A stretch of 63,430 nt of DNA, filler included, from Nemertoderma westbladi (lineage: Eukaryota; Animalia; Xenacoelomorpha): NCBI GenBank assembly GCA_032718475.1. It is 3 parts of 3 records of this genome, joined end to end, with 100 filler letters (N's around TTAATTAATTAA, not from the genome) between each part and the next. Parts side by side here need not be neighbours in the genome. Positions count along the whole stretch, not along the records: positions 1 to 24,233 come from JAUCBJ010000473.1; 2 more parts are not named here. One strand, written 5' to 3'. The notes under the pieces are model-generated. The model saw only the letters and a program-made list of their open reading frames with translations. It did no database searches and was not told the origin of the DNA. Position numbers and translations under genes: made by a program. This document shows positions 1 to 10,767 of the stretch, piece after piece (position 1 is the stretch's first letter; every line of letters begins with the position of its first letter).

Positions 1-132
1 TTCGCTGCATGAAGTCACGACATGACACTTTAAACAAGAATAACTTTCAAAATGTGACCGTAGATGGCGTAAGTAATTATGTCTAGTTACATTCATATGA
101 CAGAATGAACAACATATTGTTATTTTATCCAT
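1..132 (-). CDS. C2H2 zinc-finger protein, N-terminal part (runs off the window)
   Basis: Manual translation from ATG at 132: MDKITICCSFCHMNVTRHNYLRHLRSHFESYSCLKCHVVTSCSE, with CxxC-x11-HxxxH followed by a second CxxC; no stop before the window edge. Confidence 0.6.
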   Translation of the reverse strand, partial: MDKITICCSFCHMNVTRHNYLRHLRSHFESYSCLKCHVVTSCSE

Positions 133-273
133 GTTGAAGTTTGTTTAGATAAATAATAATAATAATAATAATAAAATATCTCCAAAGATTAAAATAAAAT
201 GAAATGAAATGTTATTGACTACATCTAAACATTTATATGCTAGCGGGTGAAATAATTTTAAATCAATCACCAA

Positions 274-1359
274 TCACCAATCGCTTATGGGTATTGGAAA
301 CCCCAAATGGTTTAACTTATGATCAGGTTTCCATGTAACCTCATCTACTGGAACTCGGTTAACAGCACATTTCTGTTTCTTTGCAGGTGATGCGTTGGTA
401 AATTTACTCGATGATCTTGGCTTCCGAGGTAATATTTCAGGAAAGACCTGTTGCGGTTGAGAGCAGCTCTCTTCAACATCCGGATTAGGTGATGGGATCT
501 CTACGAACGCTTTAGGTTTATCCAAAAGGACAAAGCCGTCAACGTGGGCTTCAGTAAGAGAAACGCCATCTAGCGATTCTTTGAGAAAACTAATATGAGC
601 TTTATCATTCATGTAATGCAACTCGATAGAATTTCCACCGGTACCTACTTCAGTAGAATTATCGGTGTTGGTGATAATAATTTTTTTATTATTGGTTTTA
701 ATCATTTTGAGACGGTCTGATAATTGAATGATATTTTTATCAAAAAGATGTTTGTCTGTTTCAGCGACTTGGTTGTCCCACTCTCACAGCAAAACAGTTA
801 GTTCCTGTTTTGACAAATTGAAACCCGTATAATAGTTAAAACCAACACTATCAGTGTATCTGAGGCTGATTTTCCATAAGCCAACATAGTTGGTTCCTTT
901 AAAAGCTGTTACAAATCCAATAAACTCTGGATTTGATAATTCAATGTAGAATTGATCGCTAATAATCTCTAGCGGTGGAGAGAGAAATTGCAATAATTTC
1001 CCTCTGTATTGAATTAGAACTTCAGTAAAAGCTTTGTTGAGAACTTTACATTTGCCTTGTTTCTGAACGTAAACATCACCCGATGTGGGGTTGATGGAAA
1101 TATTCAAATTTCCCCGCGCAAAACGAGGAGTTGGATATATCCTACCTGGTATAATTGCTGGTCTGGATTGATGTTGGTTGTTGTTGGTTGTTTCTAGAAT
1201 GTCTAACAAATAGCGGGTATCTTGATGGGAAAAACAAATCGATTCGTTGTCATCCTGAGATTCCACAATAAAATACTTGCTGTGAACGACGGTACAAGTA
1301 TATTTATTGTAAGTAAATTTCCAGCTATTTGTTGCTCCGGTTTTTTGCGTTAAGGCCAT
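274..1359 (-). pseudogene. ~361-codon ORF with a PC4/p15-like ssDNA-binding motif, broken by one in-frame TGA (784-786)
   Basis: ORFs 784-1359 and 274-705 share a frame and are joined by 26 sense codons (EWDNQVAETDKHLFDKNIIQLSDRLK). Segment FVTAFKGTNYVGLWK...GFNLSKQELTVL resembles the PC4 pattern (V..FKG...I.IR...GI.L..EQW..L). Confidence 0.55.
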
Positions 1360-1457
1360 AATAATAATAATAATAAATACGAAAAATATTACAAGTGATA
1401 AATTTTAAACCGTATCGCTGTAATAAATTGACACCATAGTTCTCACTCTAAAATTGT

Positions 1458-1746
1458 GTTTGGATGTAAGGAAGAATTTATAGTATCGATGAATATATTA
1501 ATAAAAGACGACACCGCGAAGATTATGTAAGAGCATATTACGATAACGAAGAAATTTCCAAGGAAATACATCAATTTCAGAGACAATTACACAAAGTGTA
1601 CACAGTAGCATGATATAAGTTTTGAAATTGAGGCGTTTCTTTTGAAATTTCTTGGTTATCCGTATATGCTCTTAAATAATCTTTGAGGTGTCGTCGTTTG
1701 ATTAATATATTCATCGATACTAAAAATTCTCCCGCACATCCAAACG
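1458..1746. repeat. Diverged inverted repeat (arms ~1458-1580 and ~1621-1746) formed by two paralogous decayed mini-ORFs
   Basis: + arm reads VWM*GRIYSIDEYINKRRHREDYVRAYYDNEEISKEIHQFQ; - arm reads VWMCGRIFSIDEYINQ/RRHLKDYLRAYTDNQEISKETPQFQ. Confidence 0.7.
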
Positions 1747-2667
1747 AGATTTCCTTTGAGTTACATAATTACGATTAGAAACCCAATGCGGGAATCAGTA
1801 ACATTTATTCGAGTGTATGATTTTCCGACCAACAAGTAAGATAATGAAGAAATTATTAAGGAAATAACATAATTTTCAGAGTGAGAACAAAAGTATCAAT
1901 ATATTACCTTGAAGATTACTACAAGTGATGAATTTTATTAAAAGCATTCAGTTATATATGTATAAATTTGCGATGTGGCATAGTCAACGAAGAAGAGATG
2001 GTACGTGTCATAATCATCAACGAATAAGAAAAGAGATGAGCTGCAACGTGGATGAATGGTTGGTTGCATGAATATGAATCATAGGGTTGTGTGTAATAAT
2101 CAATAATTATTATAATAAAAACGCGCAGTATATAATGTTAGTGGTGGTGGTAGCCTTTCAATATGACACAGATGCTGCGGGATTGGTTAGGTTGAGTAAC
2201 TATGGAAATATTCGTATACGTGTAGCTAGAACGTGGCGGAATTTCAACACGTATCATAATAGCGTTGGGGTAGGCAGGCCGCTCGGTTGGTTGGTTTGGT
2301 GACAGCCGTCGAGGAGTAGCCGTGCGTGGTGGTGGTGGTGGTGGTGAGTTGGCAATCGTTTCGATATAATAGCGTAGTGTGGGGCTAGCCATGCGATGAG
2401 AAGTTAGGTTACGCGAAGATGAATATGCGATGGTTGGTTGATGCAACGACGCGAATCAATACTCGCGGTTGGTAACAGTTGTCGAGTAAGGCTACGCGTA
2501 GGTGATAAGCAACGAATGGTTGAAGGCAACAATATTGATGGTGACAGATGGTTATTAAACACCGCAATTTAGCACCGGAATTTGGCATTTTTTAATAGCC
2601 CTCCGAGATCTGGCCCGTAGCCCAGGCTAGGGAGGAGTTGCGTGAGAACTATGCTTCTCCTACTACT

Positions 2668-3524
2668 GGCATTTGTTAAATCAGTAAATCATAGAAATTG
2701 ATACAAGAAACGAAATCACAGACCAGAAAAACCCTATAGAAAAATGTGCAGTTAGGTGTGGTGTAATTCTTATATTTTGTCACACAAGCTGAAAGACAGA
2801 CATACATACAGATAGAGAGACGGACTGACAAGACTAGAATCCGTAAATCGTAGAAACAGATTACAGAAACGAAATCACACACCAGAAAAACACCATAACA
2901 AAATTTTTAGTTAGGTGTGGTGTACTTTAATATTTTGACGGACAGACCAAATGACAGACAGACAGACAGGCGGACAGACAGGACGAATAATCCGTAAATC
3001 CTAGAAACTGATACCAGAAACGAAATCACAGACCAGAAAAACCCCATAGCAATATCTTTAGTTAGGTCTGGTGTATTTTTTTATATTTTGACAGACAGAC
3101 TAAAAAAACAGACAGACAGACGGACAGATAGGACTAGACTCAATAAAGTTTAGAAACTGATACCATAAATGAAATCTCAGACCAGGAAAACCCCATAGCC
3201 AAAGTTTTAGCTAAATGTAGTGAGATTTTTTACACTGTATTTTCACAAACATACAAAAAACAGACTAACCGACAAACAGACAGAGTTTCAAGCGGTTTGG
3301 GCTCATGATATGGTTTTAAAGTGTCAATATCCATAATCTACGGAAAATTGTGATCTTAAACAACTAAAAAAAAATCTCAAAAATTTTATTTTTTTGAAAA
3401 ATTACCCTTGAATTTGAAATATAATTAAAATTTGTAGGAGAATTCAGATCTTTCCTTATAATTGCAATTGGAAAGGAACTACACTGGCAAGTGCTATGTG
3501 CTAGGCTAATGGCAAGGCAATGGC
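2668..3524. repeat. Interspersed repeat with internal ~140-160 bp subrepeats and (CAGA)n tracts; second copy at 20300-21025
   Basis: Recurring AGAAACGAAATCACAGACCAGAAAAACCCCATAG...GTTAGGTGTGGTGTA...CAGACAGAC; near-identical ORFs 2676-2882 and 20308-20514. Confidence 0.8.
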
Positions 3525-3840
3525 TAACGCCATTGATTATCAGTGAAGATTAGAACTAGGATTGAATAATTGGCCTAATAGGGGACGGTAATGTTAAACT
3601 AAAGTTCTTAATCGATTGTGCACATATAATAATTGACTACCGGTAACATAAGCAGCACTGTCAGACAAATTGATCCTTAATTTTCATATATACAGTACAA
3701 CACAATAATTGCGAACACCAACAACTACTTAATATTAAATACCACCAAATTTAAAACATGATAATATAAAGTAGAATATATACAGTATGAATAGGAAATT
3801 ATATATATTATATATAATAATATATATATATTAATAAATA

Positions 3841-4357
3841 ATGTTATAAATAAGTTAGATTATATTTATGGTGGCGTTTGGAGCCATGTTATTAATATAG
3901 GTACTGGTTATTAATAGCTACAGTATACCCAGCTTACCGGTAGGTAATGCAGTAGGCCTATCTGGCTGTCAGGCAAATTTACACCTATTGTTTACGTGGT
4001 AACCAATGACGGCGTTAAATAATGTTCACTAAGGGGACATTACTTAACGGATAACACCAAATACAATACTAAATGTACAGGCCAATACAATGCTGTAATG
4101 TCCTCTAAAGTTTTAAAGTGCTAAATAACAACTCGCTGTTAATACTAACGGCGTTGAGTAATGTTACAATTTTGGAATAAAATATATAACTATCAAATTT
4201 TACCACGTAAACGATAGGTGGAAATTTGCCTGACATCCAGATAGGCCTACTGCTTTACCTACCGGTAGGCGGGGCATAGCTATTAATAACCAGTAGCTAT
4301 ATTATTAACATGGCTCCAAACGCCACCATAAATATAAGCTTACTTATTTATAACATA
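3841..4357. mobile_element. Foldback/MITE-like palindromic element (arms ~3841-4002 / ~4200-4357); related copy at ~51797-52243
   Basis: TATATTTATGGTGGCGTTTGGAGCCATG...GTTTACGTGGTAA is mirrored by TTACCACGTAAAC...CATGGCTCCAAACGCCACCATAAATATA. Confidence 0.75.
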
Positions 4358-5227
4358 ATTTATTTATATATTATTTCAATGGATTTATTAATAATAACGA
4401 TGTTTAATAATAGTGGATGTGAACTGCAGATATAATATTATTATGAAGATGATTTACAATCGAAGATTTAAATATGATCATAATATAATTTATTAATATA
4501 TATATATTATTATATTATTATGATATTATATATAATATATAATATATATTTATATATATATTATATAATATAATTTATAATTTATGTCATTTTTACATTT
4601 ATTTATACAGCAACTAATTTAATTTGTGCAGTTTCTATCACTTATAATATATGTACAATCATTTCGCAATGTTACAATTTAGGAATAAATCTACATACAT
4701 ACATTTTCACTCACTCACTCACTAACGTTCGTTCGTGTAACAAAGCCACTCGGATCATCACACTGTAAAGTAGTGATGTAGTAGATCATCACACTGTAAC
4801 TTAATAGTTATTATTCTTAAATTGTTACTTTTTCGGTGGGTAGATGTTATCGTCTCTAGTGGCACCCAGCACTGGCCCATTTAAGTAATTCGGCCTGGCC
4901 GGATTACTTGACCTAATTCTACCGGATCTATTAACTTTCAGTTTCTCCACTCCCCGATTCGATACCTACCAGTGTACCAAACTATTATTATTACAGTTCT
5001 GTAGTTATTATTTTATTATCTATTCTAGTATCACTTAGGGTGATAGGCCTACACATTTACAGTTGAATATTGTTCATGATACATTGTATCATCGATGTCA
5101 GATAAAATTTATGAATCGCGATGTTCAATGTGAACCCAACGTGCAGCCGATGCTGAGTCGACCCAAACGATTATCTATGTTCTGTTTCCTATTACGTTTA
5201 ACAGATTAAATAATATAATAACTAATA

Positions 5228-8200
5228 CACCATGTCCCAGAATAATTCAGTGACCCCCCCCCCCCCCCCCACCACCCCTTAATTTTTCTACAAATCTTAA
5301 TGAGATTGCATGAAATTTGAAACAGAGATAGTTTCACTTCCCGACCACTGACTGGGTGAGCCAGAATTTTTATTTTTGCTTTCAATCTTTAGCCACAAGC
5401 GTTTGAAAAAGGTGTCTCCGGGATACGGCGATATTACACCAGTAATCCAGTACACCAGAAGTTATTATTCTTCCTGATAGCTGTATGTTGGTACCAATGG
5501 AAAGCTGGTCATGCAAGGATTCCAAATATGTAATACAATCTGAATTTTGTTGAAAAATAACTGAGATATGAACGTTCAAATGTTGCATGGTTTGGTTATG
5601 CACCGGCGTGAGGTTATTATATTCTATTTAATAAATACACCATATTCTGGAACATTTTGTTTATCCAAATACGTAGCTGGGCAACAATGCATTACATCTT
5701 TAATCATGGCCTTGCTTTAATCATACTATTACATATTTAAAAAGTGTTCCAGAATGAATATTATGTATTTATTAAATAGAATAAAATAGCCCATGGAAGT
5801 CGAGAATATTATTTATACCAGGACTGGAAACTGAGTTTATTAAAAAAAAAAAGAAAAAAAGAACAAAAAATGACACAAAATCAAAAGAAAAAAATAAAAG
5901 ACAAAAATTTGTTCCAAAAACTAGCTTGTATAAAAATTATACGAGAACAAAACATATTTGTTCTAGATCATCAATTTTTATTTAAATCAATAACTGACAT
6001 GTTATATAAAAATTGAGAACACTAGCTAGTATAAAGGTACAGTTAAAAATCCAAAAATGTAGCCACGGGCGGAACTGACCCCTTTTTTGATTATTAATTT
6101 ACTTAAGCAATACATGTTATGTTGTCAATAATACTCATCAATTTTATATGGAATGTATAATTATATAGATCAAACAATATTTATTTATTTAATCAAACGT
6201 CTTACTATGGGTAAAAAGATAAAATTAATTATGACCTACAGTATATACACCATGACCCGTAATATAGTGTCATTTTCTGATGACACGGACACCCCCCCCA
6301 AATTGTTCTACACATTTTTATCCATGGACTTCTAGAATGTTATTTGGCTCTCTTACAGTTTGCCGTGCCACCTATTGCTATAATGGCACGGTAAAGTGTA
6401 ATAGGACTGAGGAGCTCTCTTACAGTTTGCCGAGCCACCTATATATTCAATATAATTAAAAAAAAAATATAATAATTGTTATAATTATATAATATATATT
6501 TACGCATGTGATACCGTAATTTACTCTACGTACAATTAACTTTTGTTACGTCTTGTGTAGCTAATGTTTTTATTGTTTGTTACTAAACCGGGTTCCTTCA
6601 CTTCCTTCTAGTTTCCCTAATTATGATATGATAGATTAAAAACTATCATTTTATTATATCAAAAAATTGAAAAATGGCAAGCTAGCTAGTTTTTGTTTCT
6701 TGTTTTTTAGATGTTCTAGAACATTATCAATCAATTTCATATAAAAATGTTGTTCCAGAACAAATATTTTTTGTTCTAGAACAAAAAATATAAAGCACTA
6801 GCTAATTTGTTAACTTTTTATTGTATGTTATCTTTGTATAAATTTTTTTTACTAGCTATTTTTTGTTTCTTTTTTTTAAATGTTCTAGAACATATTATCT
6901 ATATATTTAATCTAAAAATGTTGTTCTAGAACAAATATTTTTATTCTAGAACAAATATTTTAAGATCATTTTATTATATCAAAATATGTATATATATGGC
7001 ACGGTAAAGTGTAAGAATCCCTGTTATTTATACCAGGACTGGAAACTAGGTAGCTATAGGTAAAATAAAAATACCAGTTGAGGCCTACTTATTAATTACC
7101 ACCCATTACTAAGAGATGTTTTACATCAAACAGTTACGTTTTGGAGGCATGGTAGCTAGTATTTTTGTACTAGCTAGTATTATTAAAAATTATATTTAAC
7201 TTTGCCAACAACAATGTGATGTATTTGACTTCCAAGTTACTGCAGATTTCGTATCATTCATTGTGAAGTATTGGAATTTATAGTGAATGTTGAAACAACA
7301 ACAGCAGGTTCCCGGAAACGCGATCCCTCCAAATATCCAATATATTCGACTACCGATGATCGACTTAATTTCCTGGGCAATGTTTCAAGGTCCCTCACCA
7401 CATGGAGGACCTCTAGCGAAATGGATAGAAAATCTAATAGTGCCCTTACAAATGAAACTTTCGGCGCCCTTATTCATACCACGAATGCTTTAGTCAATGT
7501 AGTAAGGCAATAATAATAATGTCTTGATGAATTGTTGATGAATGTTTAATTATGTGATGTGAATTCATTTGTTTGTGTATTTATTAAATAGAATAAATGG
7601 CCTGCAGTGAACAATAATTCTTGCAATCTTTGAACGCCTATTTCTCAGCTGTTTTCAACGAAATTCAGATATTGTTACATATTTCGAATACTTGGAACAA
7701 CGCTAGCTTTTTAATAATAAAGCGAGGTTAATGTGAAGAATGGCGATGATAGGAGATAGGCAATTTTGCAAAAGACACTTTTTTAAAACGCTTATAAAAA
7801 AAATTTAAAGGCGAAATCGAAAATTCCGGCTTCATGGTAACAACCACGGTGAGTTGAACTAGTTGTGTTTCAAATTTCAAGCAATATGATAAAGATGTGT
7901 AGAATAATTTTTTTTTGGGGGGGGGGGGGGGGGGGGGGTCCGTGTCATCAGAAAATGACACTATAATACGGGTCATGGTGTAATAATCACTAAAAATGTG
8001 TATCATTTTCACAATTATTACTATTGGCAGTAATTAATAAGTAGGCCTCAACTGGTATTTTTATTTTGCCTATAGCTATCTAGTTTCCAGTACTGGTATA
8101 AATTTATATTCTAGAAGTCCATGAATAACCTCGCGCCGGTGCATAACCATGCAACATTTGAACGCTCATATCTCAGCTATTTTTCAACGAGATTCAAATT

Positions 8201-8497
8201 GTGTTACATATTTGGAATCCTTGCTTGGCCAGCTTTCCATTGGTACCAACAAACAGCTATAAGGTAGAAGAATAACTGCGGTGTAACTGGTGTAATATCG
8301 CTGGAGACACTTTTTTAAACGCTTGTAGCTAAAGATTGAAAGCAAAATTAAATATTCTGGCTAACCCAGTCAGTGATCGGGAGGTGAAACTATCTCTGTT
8401 TCAAATTTCATGCAATCTCATTAAGATTTGTAGAAAAATTTGGGGGGGGGGGGGGGGTGTCACTGAATTTCGACACTATTTATTCTGGGACATGGTG
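5228..8497. mobile_element. Non-autonomous Tc1/mariner-like element, ~380 bp TIRs, TA target duplication
   Basis: TA|CACCATGTCCCAGAATAA... and ...TTATTCTGGGACATGGTG|TA; arms 5228-5616 and 8125-8497 are reverse complements; no transposase seen. Confidence 0.8.
6248..7980. mobile_element. Second Tc1/mariner-like non-autonomous element nested in the previous one
   Basis: TA|CACCATGACCCGTAATATAGTGTCATTTTCTGATGACACGGAC... and ...GTCCGTGTCATCAGAAAATGACACTATAATACGGGTCATGGTG|TA. Confidence 0.8.
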
Positions 8498-8970
8498 TAA
8501 TGATTATTCTTTCTGAAACAATAATAATCTCTTAATTTGTTTATAAACTATTTATTTGCTTTAGGTTTAACAGCCGGAGGGCGTTTCGTTATGGATCAAA
8601 CCCACGGGATACCCGCTGGATTGGATTGATGGGTTGGATGTAACCCATGGATTACCCGTTGGGTCTACGGGTTGGATTTAACCCATGGGTTCTCTGTTGG
8701 GTTCCATCTTTCCTTTAAGGGATTCATACCGCGGTTCCTAGAACCGACATTCCGACATTCCCAATCTATTACGGCAATGACGTTCATTTGTTTTTTGTAA
8801 CTCAGAGGATATTATTAAAACATTGTTGGTCTAACTATTTCGGTTCTATTATTGTTGCTTATTATTTGTTACACAAGCACAATAAGTAACCTACTGCGCT
8901 ACGGTACAGTTTGTTTCTTTATCTTTGTTACTTTAGATTAGACATTTCAGTTTCATCTCTAACTTATCTT

Positions 8971-9543
8971 TCACAGTTGCCATCGATTTGGGTGAGGACC
9001 CCCAGTCCACCGTCCATTATTGTTGTTAAACCCCTCGTTATCCAGGCGAGTGAGATCGTATCTTCCTTTAGCTAATTCACCGGTAGTACGTAAATGGATA
9101 TAATTTGTAATCTTTAGCTTAAAATAAGGCTCTTCCCACACCACAGTAAAGTTACTATAGATTATCGTCGACTTACCAAAGTCGATCTTAAAGAAACAAT
9201 CCTTCTCGTCAGTCAGCCGTTTCATATTAAGCACGCCTAGAAATTAAGATCTGTCGGGATCTCCGAATCCATAGAGGTAACCTGTTTTATACTCGAACTC
9301 AAGGATAACACAGCTTTCACGTCTGCTCCCGACGGTAACAGCAACAGTATTATTTATTACTGTTACTAAAGAAACTAGAAGGATCCCTACTACCGCGGCT
9401 AAAAGCTTCCTCTGATAATCGCAATCATTCAGCAGCATTCGCCACAGCCAGTTCGATTGGTTGTCATTGCTGTTCGGTTGAGGAGCGATCGGCAGCTGAA
9501 CATCGTCCACTTCGATTTCTTCAACAGCTGTTAGACCTGGCAT
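8971..9543 (-). pseudogene. Intronless single-pass membrane protein-like ORF with one in-frame stop (9244-9246); unknown function
   Basis: ORFs 9244-9627 and 8971-9234 are in the same frame, three codons apart; hydrophobic helix LLAAVVGILLVSLVTVI; ATG at 9543. Confidence 0.45.
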
Positions 9544-10767
9544 TGTTCTGGCACTGGCACTGTTAAGTGCTACTTTACATACAAGTATGTAAATAGTTAT
9601 TTTGTATTGGTTGGTTTTCCTATTCATACTGTATATGTTCTACTTTATATTATCATGTTTTAAATTTGGTGGTATTTAATATTTAGTAGTTGTTGGTGTT
9701 CGCAATTATTGTGTTATACTGTATATATGAAAATTAGGGATCAATTTGTCTGACTGTGCTGCTTATGTTACCGGTAGTCAATTATTATATGTGCACAATC
9801 GATTAAGAACTTTAGTTTATCATTACCGTCCCCTATTATTAGGCCACTTATTCAATCCTAGTTCTAATCTTCATTGATAAAGGCGTTACTTAAAACGTTG
9901 AAATATATTTGTATGATTTAATATTGTTATTTAATTTTCCTATCGTAATTAAATGCTTCATCTAATAATTATATACAATTTCATTGATGTTTTGGGAATG
10001 TATTCTTCAGTTGCCTAGGAATGAAGATAACTGCAAAGAGCCTGTTCTTGGGTATAATTGAGGGGTTTATGGGCAGAGCACACTGCTCCTAGGAAGTGTG
10101 AACTTTTGGAAACTGCTGGTTTTAGATTGAGATTTGACCACTAATGCTATAATATATGTATTACCTAATAAATTCTAATATATATATTAATTACCTTTTA
10201 TGAACTATTGTAAAATATTAATGCTATATAAACTGTTAATGCTTCCCACACTAACTAAAATGCAGTTGTATTTTGTTGGGGGTAAACACACCCCAGTTCA
10301 CCGTTACGCTTTAGGCAGCCTTGTAATGAGCCAGCTTGGTTATTGTGTTTACCTTACGAAATGATTTGCTGAGTATTTAATCGTGATTCTTTAGAATAAT
10401 TAGCTAAATTATTTCGTTGAGGTGTTGACATGATAAATTTATATTTCAGTATCAATACTGTCGGCATAAGGTAAGTTTTAATATTTCTTACAAATTGGGT
10501 CGCCTCCACACACAAAATATTTAATATATTACTTCATGAGTTTAACATGTTACCAATAACATGAGTTTATTGATTTATTTGTTGGTTATAAATAAATTGA
10601 ATAATTTGCGATATTAAATTATTTTTGCTAGAAATTTGTGCTGTTTGTATATTTGAGAATCTCTTCCAGTTGTATTTTGTGTTATATTAAAAATAAATAT
10701 AATATATTACTTTTAAAACACAAATTTCGAATTAATACCTGCCTTTCATCAATCCTTTGTGCGTCTT

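Larger units (their letters stand above)
1..2667. mobile_element. Putative Polinton/Maverick (adintovirus-like) element, terminal part; the rest lies upstream of the window
   Basis: Ends in ...CTCCTACTACT (reverse complement AGTAGTAG, the usual Polinton terminus). Homology to the paralogous block at 20300 starts at the very next base (GGCATTTGTTAAATC). Interior holds compact, intronless, co-oriented ORFs (C2H2 zinc finger, PC4-like). No core gene (pPolB, integrase, capsid) is in the window. Confidence 0.6.
3525..9888. mobile_element. Large region bounded by ~260 bp inverted repeats (3537-3798 / 9616-9880); probable non-autonomous DNA transposon carrying nested elements
   Basis: TTATCA(G/A)TGAAGATTAGAACTAGG...ATAGGAAA at the left is the reverse complement of 9616-9880; TAACGCC / GGCGTTA lie just outside the arms. 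Confidence 0.65.

Noticed and set aside
2138-2446. Pro-rich 102-aa ORF as a gene
   Set aside because: Non-ATG start, low-complexity (GGT)n origin and no motif; more likely non-coding terminal-repeat sequence, though not excluded.
7271-7513. ORFs inside the nested mariner-like element as a transposase
   Set aside because: No HTH or DDD/E motif recognisable in any frame.
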